Source: an uncultured Gammaproteobacteria bacterium (GTDB lineage: Bacteria; Patescibacteriota; Patescibacteriia; UBA2196). From it: 55,855 nucleotides of DNA. Location of the stretch: contig CAYSXS010000004.1 in the NCBI GenBank assembly GCA_964435065.1, positions 1-55,855 of the forward strand, read 5' to 3'. How positions within the stretch are numbered: position 1 is the stretch's first letter; every line of letters starts with the position of its first letter. Positions 26,180 to 36,751 of this stretch are shown here, one piece after another. The notes below the pieces were generated by a model. The model was not told the DNA's origin and ran no database searches. It was given only the letters and a program-made list of their open reading frames with translations. A program made the translations under genes and the position numbers.

Positions 26180-26710
26180 TTGAAGAAAAGTTATATAACA
26201 GTAGATATTTTTTCTGTTTTATTAGTAGATATTTTTTTTGTTTTATTTATTTGTCTTTTCATTTCTATTGGGATGCTTCTCTTTACAATAGTTGAAGAAA
26301 ACCAAATTGAGGAAGAACAAAGACGTTTGGCAATTAGTGAATTAGAGCGCATTACTCAATTAACGCTCGAGTCGCCAATTAAAAGGTACGATCGGATTGT
26401 GTTGAGAAAGTCGTGGTGGGGCGAAGTGAAGCCTGGATTACCAATCTCTAATTTTGAGAGACAATACAAGGTCAGAGTTAGAGACGTGGTAGTAGAGTCT
26501 CCCAGAAGTTTAACCTTTTCTACTGTTCGGGACACCATTCTCCGGACAGAGGAAAGATCATTTATGTGGTATGAGATAAACGAATACTACATAAATAATA
26601 TACTGTTTTTCATTCAACACCAAACTCACAACAAAATAATATATAAATGTGATCTTGGGATAATAGTTGAGATAAAATACAAAGAAAGGCCTGTTTGGTA
26701 TGGCCTTTAA
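26180..26710 (+). CDS. Orphan single-pass membrane protein
   Basis: TTG start, AAGGAGG SD, TTGACA promoter at 26096, N-terminal TM. Confidence 0.7.
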   Translation: MKKSYITVDIFSVLLVDIFFVLFICLFISIGMLLFTIVEENQIEEEQRRLAISELERITQLTLESPIKRYDRIVLRKSWWGEVKPGLPISNFERQYKVRVRDVVVESPRSLTFSTVRDTILRTEERSFMWYEINEYYINNILFFIQHQTHNKIIYKCDLGIIVEIKYKERPVWYGL

Positions 26711-26870
26711 AATTTTGTGAATTTAATTCACCGTAAGTCCTTTTAGGACAGAGAGTACGTTAACCTCTCATTTTTTATACCCAAAATTCACTTTTTTTGA
26801 CAAATATACCTATTTTCTGTTAGAATCAAGATGAAAATATATGTAAAACTCTTAAGAAAGGAGTAAATTT

Positions 26871-27122
26871 ATGGCAGTTGAAGTAAAAAGAAAAGGAAAT
26901 GAATCAAGTGAATCACTTTTAAGACGGTTTCAAGATAAAATCAAAAGAAGCCGTACTTTGAATGCGGTTAAAAGAAACCTTTTCCACCACAAAAAACTTG
27001 GTAAGACCCAGTCTAAACAGGATGCTTTGGTTAGAAAATATAACAGGGCTAAAAGGGAATACATGATTAAAACAGGAAAACTACCTGAGCCAAGTACTAG
27101 AGGTGGTTTTAAGAGAAGATAA
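26871..27122 (+). CDS. rpsU: 30S ribosomal protein S21 (CPR-type)
   Basis: VEVKRKGNESSESLLRRF, basic; upstream of yqeY as in the rpsU-yqeY arrangement. Confidence 0.8.
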   Translation: MAVEVKRKGNESSESLLRRFQDKIKRSRTLNAVKRNLFHHKKLGKTQSKQDALVRKYNRAKREYMIKTGKLPEPSTRGGFKRR

Positions 27123-27126
27123 AAAT

Positions 27127-27576
27127 ATGTTTAAAGAAAAATTAACTGAAGAAATGAAAGATTTCTTAAAGAATAAAGATACTGAAAAAGTAACTCTTTT
27201 AAGAATGATTTTATCAGCTTTTCAAAATGAATCTATTGCTAAAAAGAAACAAGATGAAGGTTTGAATGAAGAAGAAGAACTTCAAATATTGAAAAGGGAA
27301 GTTAAAAAGAGAAAAGATTCTATTGAGCAATATATAAATGGGGGAAGGCAAGACTTAGCTGATAAAGAAAAAGAAGAATTAGAATTTATTCAAAAATATT
27401 TACCAGAAGAAATGGGAGAAGAAGAAGTTAAGAAAATTGTTGCAGAAGTAATTGCTTCTATGGGTGAAGTAGCGCCTAGTCAGTTTGGTCAAATCATGGG
27501 TCAAGTTATGGCTAAAACAAAAGGACAAGCTGATGGAAATCTTGTTAGCAAAATTGTGAGAGAAATGGTAAAATAA
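27127..27576 (+). CDS. yqeY: GatB/YqeY domain protein (ORF track start 27103)
   Basis: KREVKKRKDSIEQY..GGRQDLADKEKEE..YLP; GKADG-like C-terminus. Confidence 0.93.
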   Translation: MFKEKLTEEMKDFLKNKDTEKVTLLRMILSAFQNESIAKKKQDEGLNEEEELQILKREVKKRKDSIEQYINGGRQDLADKEKEELEFIQKYLPEEMGEEEVKKIVAEVIASMGEVAPSQFGQIMGQVMAKTKGQADGNLVSKIVREMVK

Positions 27577-27591
27577 AGGTTAGGATTTGTT

Positions 27592-28014
27592 ATGGATATA
27601 ACAAAAGGACAAAAGAAGAAAATAGATGAAATTTCTGAAAAACATGATTTAAAAATGATGGTCGTTTTTGGTTCGCAAGTTAAAGGTAAAACACACGCAG
27701 GCAGTGATTTAGATATTGGTATACTACTTAAAAAAGATCCTAAATCTTATCACATCTTATTAGATGTTAAATATGAGTTAAAGCAAGTTTTTCCAAATTT
27801 TAAAGATGTTGATGTAAGCTATCTGAATTATGCAACACCATATTTTCTTTTCGAGGCAACATATAAAGGAAAATTACTTTATGGTTCTAATTATGAGTTT
27901 GCTAAATTATGTGCCAAAGCATTTAAACAATATATTGACACAAAGCCATTAAGGGATTTAAGAGATGAAATGATTGAAAACAGACAAAAAGAACTTTTGA
28001 CCTATGCTAGATAA
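27592..28014 (+). CDS. mntA: MntA-like minimal nucleotidyltransferase antitoxin (type VII TA)
   Basis: FGSQ...SDLDIG; DVSYLN. Confidence 0.85.
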   Translation: MDITKGQKKKIDEISEKHDLKMMVVFGSQVKGKTHAGSDLDIGILLKKDPKSYHILLDVKYELKQVFPNFKDVDVSYLNYATPYFLFEATYKGKLLYGSNYEFAKLCAKAFKQYIDTKPLRDLRDEMIENRQKELLTYAR

Positions 28015-28423
28015 AAATTTAATTTCAGAAGACATTAAAAAAATTCAAGATTTACTTAAAATAGTAGAATCTTTTAAAGAACATACTCTAGAAGAAATTG
28101 TAAATAATTTTCATTTGTATGGTAGTTTACGTTATGCTTTTATTGAATTAATTGGTAGGGCAATTGATATTAATCAACATTTAATAAAAGAAGGGGGAGC
28201 AGATGTCCCTAATGATTATACAGAAACTTTTAAAATTTTGGGCAAAATGGATATTTTGGAGCAGGAATTTGCAGATGAAATTTCCAAGAGTGTGGGTATG
28301 CGTAATATCGTAGTTCACGAATATGGAGAAGTTGATGAGAGGCTGTTATATAATTCAATTGATATAGCTCTAGATCAATACCCAAAATATTGTCAGAAAA
28401 TTTTGGATTTTATTAAACAATAA
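28004..28423 (+). CDS. hepT: HepT-like HEPN RNase toxin (DUF86)
   Basis: RNIVVHEY (R-X4-H) motif; overlaps mntA. Confidence 0.88.
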   Translation: MLDKNLISEDIKKIQDLLKIVESFKEHTLEEIVNNFHLYGSLRYAFIELIGRAIDINQHLIKEGGADVPNDYTETFKILGKMDILEQEFADEISKSVGMRNIVVHEYGEVDERLLYNSIDIALDQYPKYCQKILDFIKQ

Positions 28424-28452
28424 AGATATATAAATTAATTTTTAAATAATTC

Positions 28453-31400
28453 ATGCTCAGGCAAAACAAAAGCTTTTTGTCATATTTAGTTATTGTACTA
28501 TTTTTAGTAAGCGTTTTTGGATTAGCGCTTTTTTGTTTTGCCCCAGAAACAATGGCTCAAGGCGAAGAGTATGAAAATAGTGTTGATGAATTAATGTTGC
28601 CTGGTATGGGAGTAAAAGTTGGGATTGTTCAGACTGTGGTTAATATCATTAATATATTCCTAGGGCTATTAGGCCTAATGGCTATCATTTTAATAATCTA
28701 CGGTGGTTTTGTTTGGATGACATCACAAGGTAATTCAGAAAAAGTTGATAAAGCAAGAAAGATTATCACTAACGCCATTATTGGTGTTGTAATTATTCTT
28801 TTATCATATCTAATTGTTAGAACAGTTATGAGCTTTATTCTTAACTGGGCAGATAATATAGTTAATCCAGAAGTTCCTGAATGTACTTCTTCTTCGTCAG
28901 ATAGGCAGTGGCCAACTTGCCAGAGGTGTAGTAATTCTGGTCATTGGGTTGATGTACACAATGAAAGCATTGAGGGTTGTAGTGATGATAATTCTGGTGT
29001 AGAAACTTTCCAGATTAACCAAATAGATACAAATAACGTGGATGGTGATCCAGGAAATAATGTACGTCTTTGTTCTAATGTTCAATCAATCTTTAGTGGA
29101 TCAATTAATACAGAATCTTTTGATGCTATTAAAGAATCTGATTTAAAGATTGTGAAAGTAGAAGGTGGTATGGAAACACAGATATCTCAAGCAGATAATT
29201 GGAAAAAAAGTGGAAAATATTTAAATTTTAAACAAACCTCTTTGTATGGTGAAGATTCAGAATACAGAATATATTTTCCAAAAACATTAAAGAATAATAG
29301 TGGAAAATTTTTATCAGCATGTTTAGCAAGTCCAAGTTGTGCAAACAGCGGAGACAGTTTTGTTTGGACTTTTAATACTGGTAAAGAAACAGATGATCAA
29401 AAGCCTACTGTAACTAAAACAAACCCTGTTGATGAAGAAGTTTTAGTCCCCTTGTCTCCTTATGTAAAAATTCAATTTGATGAAGGAATAGATGCCACAA
29501 CGATAACTTCAGAGAGTATTCAGGTTTTTGGTAGTAATGGTACTTTGATAGATTCCTTAACAGAATTTAATATTACTTCTAAACAAGTAAGCTTTAGTTT
29601 TGTTCAGGATTTGAATGAGTTTGCAACATACACAATTAAAGTGAAAAGTATTTCAGATTTATGCAATAACACAATGGACGATTATGAGTTTAGCTTTACT
29701 ACAGGCGATCAACACACAGCAGTTAATTCAAATTATCCCAAAGGGGATAATGTATGTCCAGATGAAAAGATATTATTTAATTTTTCAACATCAATGGAAG
29801 GAACAACTGTAACTTTTAGGTTGTATGATGGAGTAGATAGTAAAAAAGTTGTTTTAATACCAGGCGAAACATCTAAGGCAGTATCTGATTTTGGAGAATT
29901 AAAAATGATAGATAGTGATTTTACAGCATATGAGTTTTCCCCAGCTTCGCTATTAAAGGTAGATAACTCTTATCATGTATATGTAGAAACAGATAAACAA
30001 ACAGATATGGAAGGAGGGTTTTTAGAAGATGACTGGATTTTTACAACATCTACTCAAGAAGATTGTTCTTGTTCTCCGTATGTCTCATATCTAAAGCCAA
30101 GTAAAGGGGGACCGGGGCAATGTTTCACAGTTTTTGGTAAATGCTTTGTTGGTAAAGATGATTATCTTTCCGAGCCTCAATATATTAATTTTGATGATCA
30201 GCCAATAGCTATACAAGCTGGGACATGGGATGATCGATCTGTTGTTGCTACTTTACCAAGCAGTTTAAAAATGGATGGAGAAGATCCAAGAAAGGTGCCA
30301 ATTTCAATTACAGTTACACAAAGTTTATCAAATGATGATATAGACAGTAATGAAAAGAATTTCTATGTCACAACCAATGAAGAAGCAGAAGGTCCTTGTC
30401 TATACAATCTAAACCCAAGTTCTGGTAAAGTGAACAGAAAAGTTGTTGCACGTGGTACAAGGTTTGGTACAACACAAGGGCAAGTAGTTTTTTCTGTAGA
30501 ACAAGCAGCTACAATATTGCCTGGAAATTGGAATATTACTGAAATAGAAACAACAGTACCGAGTTCAGCACAAAGTGGGAATGTTGTTGTTAAAGATTCT
30601 TCAGATAGAATCAGTAACCCAATATATTTTGATGTAAGAAGTGATTATGATTCAGGTCAATTTTTAAATATAATAAATGATTCCCGTTGTGAAATGGAAA
30701 ATAGTAGTATTTCCGTATTTCCATCACCAAACCCAAAACGTGGAGCTTCTGATGTATGCAAGAATGCTGTGATATCGGCTAGGTTTAATAAACATATAAA
30801 TTCTAGTTCAGTTAATGGTCAGAATATACAAATAAAAGCATGTTTGATTGGTGCTGATGATGCAGAAGAGTGCACAGCGTCTGTGGCTGGTACTTTTTCT
30901 ACTTTTATTAATGACGTCGACGAAAAAACACAGGGTGGAATAACTTTTGTACCTACAAGCTTAGATAAAGATAGATTTTATGAAATAACATTAAGAAGGG
31001 GAATATTGGCTGAGGATGGATCAACTTTAAGAAGTGACTATAGTTGGTATTTTAAAACAGCAGATTCAGATAATTTATGTGATTTAAAATATGTGGATGT
31101 ATCTCCCCCTTCATATTTCTCTCGAACCAACGGGGAAGCAATTAAATATACAGCTAAAGCTTTTGGTAAGAACTGTATTGAAATTCCAGCTAGTGATATG
31201 AATTGGACTTGGGCTTCTTCTGAACTAAGTATTGCCGAGATAACTTCTTCAAACGGAAACGTTGCTACAACTACTGTTGTGGGAGGAAGTGTTTCGGGAG
31301 AAACAAAAATTTCAGCTAATATATTAAACAAAGAAGACAAGGGTAAGTTGAGATATAACTCAGATTCTTGTGCAAAAGATACAGACTGCCTTGACTATTA

Positions 31401-34227
31401 TGGTGATGGTTCATATATATGTACTGGTAGTACTTGTGACATTCCAACGAAACGTTGTAAGTCAGTCATACATACCTTAAGCCCAGACAAAGGACCTGTT
31501 GGTAGATGGACAACTGTTCATGGTTGCTATTTTGAGTCTACTAAAGGTACAGGAAAAGTTATGTTTGGTGACAAAGAAGCAAACTACCCATGTGATGTTT
31601 CTTGGGATGATACAGAAATAATCGTTGGAGTACCAGTAGACGCTGGTGGTACTGTTAGTGTGGAAACATCACATGAGCTATTAAGTAATACAGCATCCTT
31701 TAATGTAGAGAATACTTGTAATGGAGTAGTTTTTCCTAAGGGGACAGTTCCTGGTTTGTGTAGTATGAGTCCAAATAAACAAATGGAGAATAAAGCGTTT
31801 ACTTTAAAAGGAGAAAATCTTTTAATTAATGCTGAGACAAGAGATTGGGATGATAATGAAAAACAAGATGATTGTGATAAAGATGGTCTAAACTGTGATG
31901 ATAGTAAATCAGCTTGTGAAGTAAATTTTAATTATACAGAAATTGGATATGAAAGTTCTGGTAATCCAACTTGTTGTGGAGATGATTCTCAAGAACAATA
32001 TTTAGATGAAGCTAGTGGTAGACTTTGTAGTGAAGATGAATCTCCAATTTGTTGTTCAACAACATTGGCCAGAGTTAAAGATGGAAGATGTGTAAATAGT
32101 TGTGATTCAGATGCACCATTTGCACATAGGCTGTTTTTGAATCAGACAGAAATTACACAGGTTGATATTTGGGAAGATGGTGGTTGGGGAAAACAAGATA
32201 AAATTAAAGCAAACGTACCTGAAGGAGCTACGTCTGGTGATGTAAAAGTAGCAATTTTAGGTTGTCCAAGTAATAGTATATATCTTTCAATTATTGGTGA
32301 ATCTTGTGATGGAGATGGCGATTTAGACAATAACCAATGTTCAGCCAAACAAAGTATGTGTGGTAGAGGGTTAGTTTGTAATGATACAACTTGTGTTTGT
32401 GAAGAACCTGTTGTCCCAGAACCAGAAGAAGTATTAATTCTAGAGAAAAAACCTACGGGAATTAATGAGTGTACGAATTTTACTTCCAGCATCTTATTTA
32501 ATCAACCTATTAAACCTGGATCTTTTGATAATATTAAATTATGGAAAGTTAATGGAAAAGATACTGGCAGTTGTGTTTTGAAACAAGATGAAGTGGTAAA
32601 AGAAAGTTGGTGGAAGAAAGTGTTTAATAAGATTTTTAAAACAGCTTCTGCTGCTGAATATTGGTGTCCAGTAAGTACCAATCTATCAACAGAAAGAGTT
32701 AAATATGGTGAGGAATTGTGTACTAATACAAATCAAAGTGATTGTACTAGAATTAAAATTGTACCAACAAGTTCATTTAAACGAAATTCAAAATATATGG
32801 TGGAAATTAAGACAGGAGACAGTGGAATCGAAAGTGTTTTTGGAGGAACATTAGGTTATGGTAGTTCTTGGAAATTTTCAACTACAAAAGAAGCTAATGT
32901 TTGTAAAATTACTAAAGTGAAAATATTTCCAGGTACATATACATTTACTGAGCCAGACAAACCAGTTACTTTTATTGCTAGAGCTATGAGTGGTGATACA
33001 GAAATAGAAACAACTAGTAGTTATGAATTTGAATGGGAGTGGTCTAAAAAAGATCTAGATAGTGTAGTTACAATGGAAGATGGAACTAAAAGTAATGAGA
33101 AAGAAATTTTTGCTACTGATAAGAAAAATGGCAGAGCTAATATATATGCTGCAGCATTAATTGTAGATAAAGAAATGGATCGAGAAAAATGGAAAAGAAA
33201 AGTTGGTTCAGCTGCAATTACAGTATTTTTATGTGAAAATCCTGTAAAAATTGAGGATGATAGGACTACCAGTAAATATGAGACAATGTATTGTACAGAT
33301 GAAACTCTATTACCAGGTTTAACTTCTGATAATGGAATTGATACACCAACAACACAAGATCCCCTTTTAGCAGAAAAGTTTTTAGTTTTTAATGATGAAT
33401 CTGGTGATGCAATTGGGATTAGGGTGTATAAGAATAAAGAAAAGTTAAGTTCAGCTGAATGGTATAATACAAAAGTACCAAATCCATCAACTTCATTACA
33501 GAAGATAGAGATTGATGGGTATGATGCTGTTAAATCGGGCAGAACAGTTTATGTAACAGCAGCTAACCATATTGGAGATAATGTACATTACAATATGTAT
33601 ATCATGTCATATAACGATGGTGCTTCTAGTAATGTAACAAATATTCTTAGTCAGTTAATTGATAATTGGCAATTTAATAGTAATATAACAAATTTTGATG
33701 AAAGGGATGCTTTACATAATGATGTTAAACGATTGTATCATTTGGGAGACATAGCTAGTTATTTAGAGAAATTTAAAACAGATAATGGTTTTTATCCAAA
33801 ACTTGGAGCTGGTTCATATATTCAACATGAATCAACTTCTGTTTGGCCTTCTTGGGATGATGTTTTAGGCAAGGGATTAAAAGAATCATTACCAATTGAT
33901 CCAATTAACTCTTTTGCACATCATTGTGTAAGTGATACTGGTTTAATGTGTTGGGAAGATTCGGAGTGTCCTGTTAACAACGATAGGTGTGTTACGTCTT
34001 GTCCTTCCGGATATGATCAGGTTAGTTGTTGGCACAGTGTTACTCGAGATTTTGACTGTCCTGTTGGATCACATATATATAAATATGAATCAGATGTAGA
34101 CGGAAGCTATTTCAAACTTTATGCAAATATGGAATACGAGGAAGCAAATTGGTCTGATGGTGATTTTAATGTTGTAGATAGACCTAATAATAATACTTGT
34201 GAAGACTTAATAATAACTTCAATATAA
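28453..34227 (+). CDS. Giant (1924 aa) surface protein: VirB2/TrbC-like pilin region, Ig-like and IPT/TIG repeats, Cys-rich segments, C-terminal pilin-head-like domain
   Basis: IIYGGFVWMTSQGNSEKVDKARKIITNAIIG; Ig-like P.N.V..F repeats; TIG-like LNPSSG...G.RFG; DVKRLYHLGDIASYLEKFKTDNGFYP. Confidence 0.8.
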   Translation: MLRQNKSFLSYLVIVLFLVSVFGLALFCFAPETMAQGEEYENSVDELMLPGMGVKVGIVQTVVNIINIFLGLLGLMAIILIIYGGFVWMTSQGNSEKVDKARKIITNAIIGVVIILLSYLIVRTVMSFILNWADNIVNPEVPECTSSSSDRQWPTCQRCSNSGHWVDVHNESIEGCSDDNSGVETFQINQIDTNNVDGDPGNNVRLCSNVQSIFSGSINTESFDAIKESDLKIVKVEGGMETQISQADNWKKSGKYLNFKQTSLYGEDSEYRIYFPKTLKNNSGKFLSACLASPSCANSGDSFVWTFNTGKETDDQKPTVTKTNPVDEEVLVPLSPYVKIQFDEGIDATTITSESIQVFGSNGTLIDSLTEFNITSKQVSFSFVQDLNEFATYTIKVKSISDLCNNTMDDYEFSFTTGDQHTAVNSNYPKGDNVCPDEKILFNFSTSMEGTTVTFRLYDGVDSKKVVLIPGETSKAVSDFGELKMIDSDFTAYEFSPASLLKVDNSYHVYVETDKQTDMEGGFLEDDWIFTTSTQEDCSCSPYVSYLKPSKGGPGQCFTVFGKCFVGKDDYLSEPQYINFDDQPIAIQAGTWDDRSVVATLPSSLKMDGEDPRKVPISITVTQSLSNDDIDSNEKNFYVTTNEEAEGPCLYNLNPSSGKVNRKVVARGTRFGTTQGQVVFSVEQAATILPGNWNITEIETTVPSSAQSGNVVVKDSSDRISNPIYFDVRSDYDSGQFLNIINDSRCEMENSSISVFPSPNPKRGASDVCKNAVISARFNKHINSSSVNGQNIQIKACLIGADDAEECTASVAGTFSTFINDVDEKTQGGITFVPTSLDKDRFYEITLRRGILAEDGSTLRSDYSWYFKTADSDNLCDLKYVDVSPPSYFSRTNGEAIKYTAKAFGKNCIEIPASDMNWTWASSELSIAEITSSNGNVATTTVVGGSVSGETKISANILNKEDKGKLRYNSDSCAKDTDCLDYYGDGSYICTGSTCDIPTKRCKSVIHTLSPDKGPVGRWTTVHGCYFESTKGTGKVMFGDKEANYPCDVSWDDTEIIVGVPVDAGGTVSVETSHELLSNTASFNVENTCNGVVFPKGTVPGLCSMSPNKQMENKAFTLKGENLLINAETRDWDDNEKQDDCDKDGLNCDDSKSACEVNFNYTEIGYESSGNPTCCGDDSQEQYLDEASGRLCSEDESPICCSTTLARVKDGRCVNSCDSDAPFAHRLFLNQTEITQVDIWEDGGWGKQDKIKANVPEGATSGDVKVAILGCPSNSIYLSIIGESCDGDGDLDNNQCSAKQSMCGRGLVCNDTTCVCEEPVVPEPEEVLILEKKPTGINECTNFTSSILFNQPIKPGSFDNIKLWKVNGKDTGSCVLKQDEVVKESWWKKVFNKIFKTASAAEYWCPVSTNLSTERVKYGEELCTNTNQSDCTRIKIVPTSSFKRNSKYMVEIKTGDSGIESVFGGTLGYGSSWKFSTTKEANVCKITKVKIFPGTYTFTEPDKPVTFIARAMSGDTEIETTSSYEFEWEWSKKDLDSVVTMEDGTKSNEKEIFATDKKNGRANIYAAALIVDKEMDREKWKRKVGSAAITVFLCENPVKIEDDRTTSKYETMYCTDETLLPGLTSDNGIDTPTTQDPLLAEKFLVFNDESGDAIGIRVYKNKEKLSSAEWYNTKVPNPSTSLQKIEIDGYDAVKSGRTVYVTAANHIGDNVHYNMYIMSYNDGASSNVTNILSQLIDNWQFNSNITNFDERDALHNDVKRLYHLGDIASYLEKFKTDNGFYPKLGAGSYIQHESTSVWPSWDDVLGKGLKESLPIDPINSFAHHCVSDTGLMCWEDSECPVNNDRCVTSCPSGYDQVSCWHSVTRDFDCPVGSHIYKYESDVDGSYFKLYANMEYEEANWSDGDFNVVDRPNNNTCEDLIITSI

Positions 34228-34240
34228 TAAAAATAAAAAT

Positions 34241-35515
34241 ATGTTTGACAATAAACAGACAAATCAAAATCCACCCAATAATCAAACACAAGGTAGTTCT
34301 ATCGATGAAGACTTGCAGAATACAGGACCAACCGTGGATCTAGAAAATCTTAATAAAGATAAGGAATTTCCATTTAAAAAAGCTGGTTCAGCTCCTGCTT
34401 CTTTACAAGAGCCTACAACAGAAGATATTTTTTCTAATACAGAGAAAAAAGAAAATAGTGAAGTTGTTAAGCCGATGACTTCAAACAACCAACAACAAGC
34501 TCCTGTGGGGAATACTCCTTTACAAGGGAAAAAATCAGAAGTAGAAAATGATAATTTACCACCAGAAGTTAATCTTGTTCAAAAAACAGGAAAGAAATCT
34601 AATGTAATTTTAACAGTTATTATTATCTGTCTAGCAGTTGTTTTACTTTCTCTGGCTGGTTTTTGGGTTTATTCAAAATATATTAACAATGAAGATGAAA
34701 CCTTTGAAGAATTTGGTCTTGAGGAGGAAGAAGAGAATTTTAACGATATGTTAAAAGGTTTTAGTGATACTTTAAATGAGCAACCTGCTCCAGAACCTGA
34801 ACCAGAAGAACCTGATGATTTTTTTGAAGACGAAGAAGATGACATTGTTGAGCCGCTTTCAGATTTAGATAAAGATGGGTTAACAGACGAAGAAGAAATA
34901 TTATTAGGAATTAACCCAAATCGTGTTGATACAGATTTTGATGGACTTTCAGATTACGATGAAGTTAAAATATATTTTACAGACCCTATTGATGTAGATT
35001 CAGATAAAGATGGATATTTGGATGGGGTAGAAGTAGATAAAGGATATAACCCAATAGGTCCTGGTAGATTAAATCCAGATGAAGAAAATTTAGGCGTTGA
35101 CTGGGGTACATTTAAAAATAGTGATTATGATTATGAAATAAAATACCCTAACGACCTATTAGTTGATGAAGCAAATTTAGAAAAACTAAATATTGGAAGT
35201 TTAACAATGGCACATATAGCTGTTAGAATTTATCCAGCCGAAGAGAATGTTAATTTTAGGAATTTCGTTAAAGCAAAATTAATGGAAAGTTTTGGTAATA
35301 TTTTAGATATGGACACAGTAAAATGGACAGAAGAAAACAATATAATATCTGTTGAATTTGAAAATATGATTGGTGGGTATACGGGTGATGTGGTTTGGAC
35401 ATATATTTTAAAAGACAATAAAGTGTACAGAATATCAGCTTATCACGGCCACGGTAATATGACACAGCCAGAGTTTCAAGAACAAATAATTTCTAACTTT
35501 AAATTTTTAGATTAG
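34241..35515 (+). CDS. Membrane protein with Ca-binding thrombospondin-type-3-like repeats and PsbP-like domain
   Basis: Single TM; DLDKDGLTDEEE, DTDFDGLSD, DSDKDGYLD; YEIKYP. Confidence 0.75.
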   Translation: MFDNKQTNQNPPNNQTQGSSIDEDLQNTGPTVDLENLNKDKEFPFKKAGSAPASLQEPTTEDIFSNTEKKENSEVVKPMTSNNQQQAPVGNTPLQGKKSEVENDNLPPEVNLVQKTGKKSNVILTVIIICLAVVLLSLAGFWVYSKYINNEDETFEEFGLEEEEENFNDMLKGFSDTLNEQPAPEPEPEEPDDFFEDEEDDIVEPLSDLDKDGLTDEEEILLGINPNRVDTDFDGLSDYDEVKIYFTDPIDVDSDKDGYLDGVEVDKGYNPIGPGRLNPDEENLGVDWGTFKNSDYDYEIKYPNDLLVDEANLEKLNIGSLTMAHIAVRIYPAEENVNFRNFVKAKLMESFGNILDMDTVKWTEENNIISVEFENMIGGYTGDVVWTYILKDNKVYRISAYHGHGNMTQPEFQEQIISNFKFLD

Positions 35516-35527
35516 AATATATAATAT

Positions 35528-36742
35528 ATGCAAAACGAAAAAGAAAAATTGGATGATAAAACAAAACAAGAGGCACTTGATTCTGTTTCAGGTTTAGAAA
35601 ATGGATCAAGTTCTTTAAAGGATGCCAAGATTCATACAATGCCAGATAAATTTTTAAAGAATTTACCTAAAATTAAAGTTAAAAAAAGTGGTAAAGGTAT
35701 TTTGCCTGGGAAAAAAGCGAAGATAATTAACAAAAACTTAATTGTTGGGGTAAGTGTTGGTTTGATTTTTATTATAGTTTTAGCTTTGGCTGCATGGTTT
35801 TTTGTTAGAAGTATAAACCAAGCACCAGAAGAAGATTTAAGTTTACAAACACTAGAAGATAGCTATACAGGACAAGAATCTCAAGAAGATAATTCACAAG
35901 ATTTTATTAACACCTGTTCTGCAGATAAATGCGAAGACTGTGGCGAAGAACAATGTTTGATGTTGCAAGAAACCTGTCATTTAGAAGTAGTTTATGAAGT
36001 ATGTGAATATAATGCAAACGAGGAATGTGTTGTTCAAAAATGTACTACTGGTCAATCACAAATAGATAGATATGATGAGAATGATTTTAATGAATATGAT
36101 GAATATGATGATGAAGAAGAGATATATGATTATGAAGAAGAAGAAATCAACGATGAATTTGTGTTAACAAAAGATTCCGATTATGATGGTTTAACAGATG
36201 TTGAAGAAGTTGTTTGGGGAACAGATCCAGATAATCTAGATACAGATAATGATTCATACCTAGACGGAAAAGAACTAGTTAGCTTATACAGTCCTTTAGG
36301 TGTAGATAAAACTTTAAAAGACGAAGATGCTGCAGATACTTTTATTGATGAAACCTATGGGTATAGCTTTATTTATCCAAATGAATTTAATTTAATTAGA
36401 GTAGATGAACAAGAAGGAAATTTAATTATTCAATCAGAAGCAACTGAAGAGTTTTTTAATATTTTAATTCTAGATAACGAGACCGAATTCGACGATGTTA
36501 TGGAATGGTATCTATTTGATAAACCTAATGTAACCGAAAGCGATATTGAGGCAAACAAACAAAAAACAGAACTGGGTGGGGAAGATGCAATTAGAACAGA
36601 GGATGGATTAAATATTTATTCTTTGGTTGATGGGAAAATATTCTTGATCAGCTATAGCCCAAGCATGTCCAATGAATTAAACTTTGTAGCAACTTTTAAT
36701 ATGATGTTAAATAGCTTTGAATTTTTTGAAAACCCTTTTTAA
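35528..36742 (+). CDS. Membrane protein with Cys-rich segment, TSP3-like repeats and PsbP-like domain
   Basis: TM; 7-Cys cluster; DSDYDGLTD, DTDNDSYLD; YGYSFIYP. Confidence 0.75.
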   Translation: MQNEKEKLDDKTKQEALDSVSGLENGSSSLKDAKIHTMPDKFLKNLPKIKVKKSGKGILPGKKAKIINKNLIVGVSVGLIFIIVLALAAWFFVRSINQAPEEDLSLQTLEDSYTGQESQEDNSQDFINTCSADKCEDCGEEQCLMLQETCHLEVVYEVCEYNANEECVVQKCTTGQSQIDRYDENDFNEYDEYDDEEEIYDYEEEEINDEFVLTKDSDYDGLTDVEEVVWGTDPDNLDTDNDSYLDGKELVSLYSPLGVDKTLKDEDAADTFIDETYGYSFIYPNEFNLIRVDEQEGNLIIQSEATEEFFNILILDNETEFDDVMEWYLFDKPNVTESDIEANKQKTELGGEDAIRTEDGLNIYSLVDGKIFLISYSPSMSNELNFVATFNMMLNSFEFFENPF

Positions 36743-36751
36743 ATTAATTAT

